From assembly GCF_009914755.1 (NCBI RefSeq), contig NC_060941.1: DNA of 64,000 bases. One strand, written 5' to 3'. A program made the position numbers and the translations under genes. Origin of the DNA: the human T2T-CHM13v2.0 reference genome, Homo sapiens. Positions 57,801 to 64,000 of this stretch are shown piece by piece (the first letter of the stretch is position 1; the number at the start of each line of letters is the position of its first letter). The notes under the pieces are model-generated. The model was not told the origin of the DNA. It ran no database searches and worked only from the letters and a program-made list of their open reading frames with translations.

Positions 57801-59295
57801 TGCGCTTTTGATACGAGCAAACCCTGTTATACTCCTCATCAAATGCATTAGACATACCATCCTGGCTTAGCAGAGGTGCTCTTGTAATCTATGTTCAGGC
57901 TCCTCCTTAGAGTGACATCTTCTCCACTAGAAACTGACATAAAGAGATAGAAAATAATGTATTGTTTTCATTATTGTGTACCTGATTTAAGTTTTATATA
58001 CAAAAAGTGTTTAGTATAATGGTCTAGTAATAAATAGAATGTCAGTGTGTCTTTGTCTTTTAACAGGGAAGAGGTAGATGGAGAGATGGAGATGTGGTAC
58101 AACACTGCTTCACAATCTTCATGAATTTCTGTAGAGCTTAAGGAAACCATCTAGGCTACAGTATTTAACAATAAAGATCAATAGCACAGAGTCCCTATGA
58201 TACATTGCATAGCTTCATACAGGAAGTGTTTTAACCTAAAGCTTTTTAACCAATTTTATAAAATTCTATGTGCATGCGTACTAAATTTTCTCCACTGTCT
58301 TGGTGTTTTAAAAGACTCTGGTAAATAGCATCACTGTCCAAAGAAAATAAAAATACTGGAGAAAACAAAAAAATACCTAGTGGTTATACTTACTGAAATA
58401 AAAATGCTTCATACTCTGAACATATGGGTCTTTAATAAAAGTTTAAAAAACGCATTCTTTTGAAGTTTCAATACAGCACATTTTGAAAACTATTAGTTTT
58501 ATGTACATATTTGGGTTTGCTTACATATCAAATTTTCCCCACATTAATTAAAATTGGGCGTCTTTTGGACTATTATTGCATATTCTTCTAGGATTTATTT
58601 AAAATGCCAAAATAATTTTATGTACAGAGTAATGGCATTATTTAAAACAATGGGGAAAATACAACTTTGAATTTGTGAAGTTGGTTTTATCATTTCATTA
58701 TACTGAAAGAGAAACAATAACTGATTATGCTAACAGTACCATCATGAGAATTTTTTAATTTGTTTTAATCAATGAATAAGGATATTTTGTACTTGGTTAT
58801 TATTAATACAGAAATGACTGTTTGTAATTTTGTTTGTTTCTTAGTAGGATATGTTTTTTCATCTTCTCCCTAACAATCTTTTTAGTCTTCTTACTTAGTA
58901 ATTGTTTTTCACCCTAAAATGCAATTGTTAAAGATAAAAATTAGTATTTTCTAATCTAAAAAACTTAAATTAAAAATTTACTAGAAGGGAATTAATTCCA
59001 TCCAATTGAAAATAATTATGGCTTTATTACAGATAACCACTGGAGAAGAAAATAGGGACACAGCATTAATAACAGGGAACTTAAAATAGCTTAAAAACTT
59101 TCAGAGAATTTTTGAATTTATGAACAACAATATGATAAATGTTACATTAATGTTATAAAGGATGTGTTATACAGGTGTACATGTGGACTCATTTTGTTTT
59201 AACGTGGTACTGTAGTACAAAATGGATTGTTGCAAGAAAAAAATAATGTCATCAGAGGCCAAAAACATGAGCAGTATTTCTGCAGGAAGAATGTT

Positions 59296-63270
<3,975 letters not shown>

Positions 63271-63339
63271 AATTTGTAATGATGAGTATCCTGGAATGGA
63301 AGGAAGACAATAAAGAAAATGGAAACCTAACAGCATGTA

Positions 63340-63698
63340 TGTATTAGTCCATTTTCACACTGCTATAAAGATACTACCTGAGACCAGGTTATTTGTAAAC
63401 AGAAAAGAGGTTTAATTAACTCACAGTTCTGCATGGCTGGGGAAAACTCAGGAAACTTACAGTCATGGTGGAAGGCGAAGATGAAGCAAGGGCCTTCTTC
63501 ACATATTAGCAGGGGAGAGAAAGACCGCAGGGGAAACTCCACTTTTAAAACCATGAGATCTAGGGAGAACCCTCTCACTATCAGGAGAACCACACAGGGA
63601 AAATCATCCACATGATCCAGTCACCTCCAACCAAGCCCCCTTCCTCTACACGTTGAGATTACAATTTGAGATGAGATTTGGGTGGGAACACAGAGTCA
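63340..63698 (-). mobile_element. THE1 (THE1D-like) LTR
   Basis: 'tgtattagtccattttcacactgctataaag...ctcaggaaacttacagtcatggtggaaggcgaag...gagatgagatttgggtggg'. Confidence 0.9.
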
Positions 63699-63921
63699 GG
63701 CTCAGTCCAGGGACACCAGCTACAATGCAGTACCTTACTTATTAGCAAGATTTATGAAGAGAGCTATGAACACTTCATAAACACCTTCAGAGTGGTTTCA
63801 TCAAGCGAAGTATTCAATACCATGATCAGAGTTTCCAAGACCACCCTCTTTATTTACCTATAGAACCCAGATGAGACCTATTATACAGCCTGCCCATAAC
63901 GTTCTGTGTGACCTCTGCCTC

Positions 63922-64000
63922 TTTTTTTTTTTTTTTTTTTGAGACGGAGTCTGGCTCTGTCGCCCAGGCTGGAGTGCAGTGGCGCGATCTCAGCTCACTG
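63922..64000 (-). mobile_element. Alu 3' end (runs off the window)
   Basis: T19 followed by 'gagacggagtctggctctgtcgcccaggctggagtgcagtggcgcgatctc'; CpG-rich, so probably young. Confidence 0.95.

Overview
This is AT-rich primate (human-like) genomic DNA, not prokaryotic. I see no intact protein-coding gene, RNA gene or CRISPR array. Much of the window is interspersed repeat: a near-full-length antisense L1PA15/16-type LINE, an L1MA9-like 3' fragment carrying a young 288-bp tandem duplication, a 5'-inverted (twin-primed) L1PA, nine Alus, ERV/MaLR LTRs (MER9 solo LTR with a perfect 6-bp TSD, THE1, MSTA plus internal sequence, MER57, MER77/MER21-like, LTR41-like), and DNA transposon fossils (a full-length dead Charlie3 hAT element, Tigger4b, MER53). 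The only gene-derived sequence is a 5'-truncated processed pseudogene of PI4K2A (about 59.3-63.3 kb) interrupted by an AluJ. The most interesting observation is a 213-bp stop-containing segment inside this retrocopy, sitting exactly between the codons for PI4K2A G145 and R146 with no target-site duplication. It may be a fossil of an ancient poison or cassette-exon isoform of the parent gene. Almost all other ORFs in the supplied track are repeat-derived or chance ORFs. Repeat names come from remembered consensus sequences and need RepeatMasker/Dfam confirmation. I found no support for a wholly new biological system.
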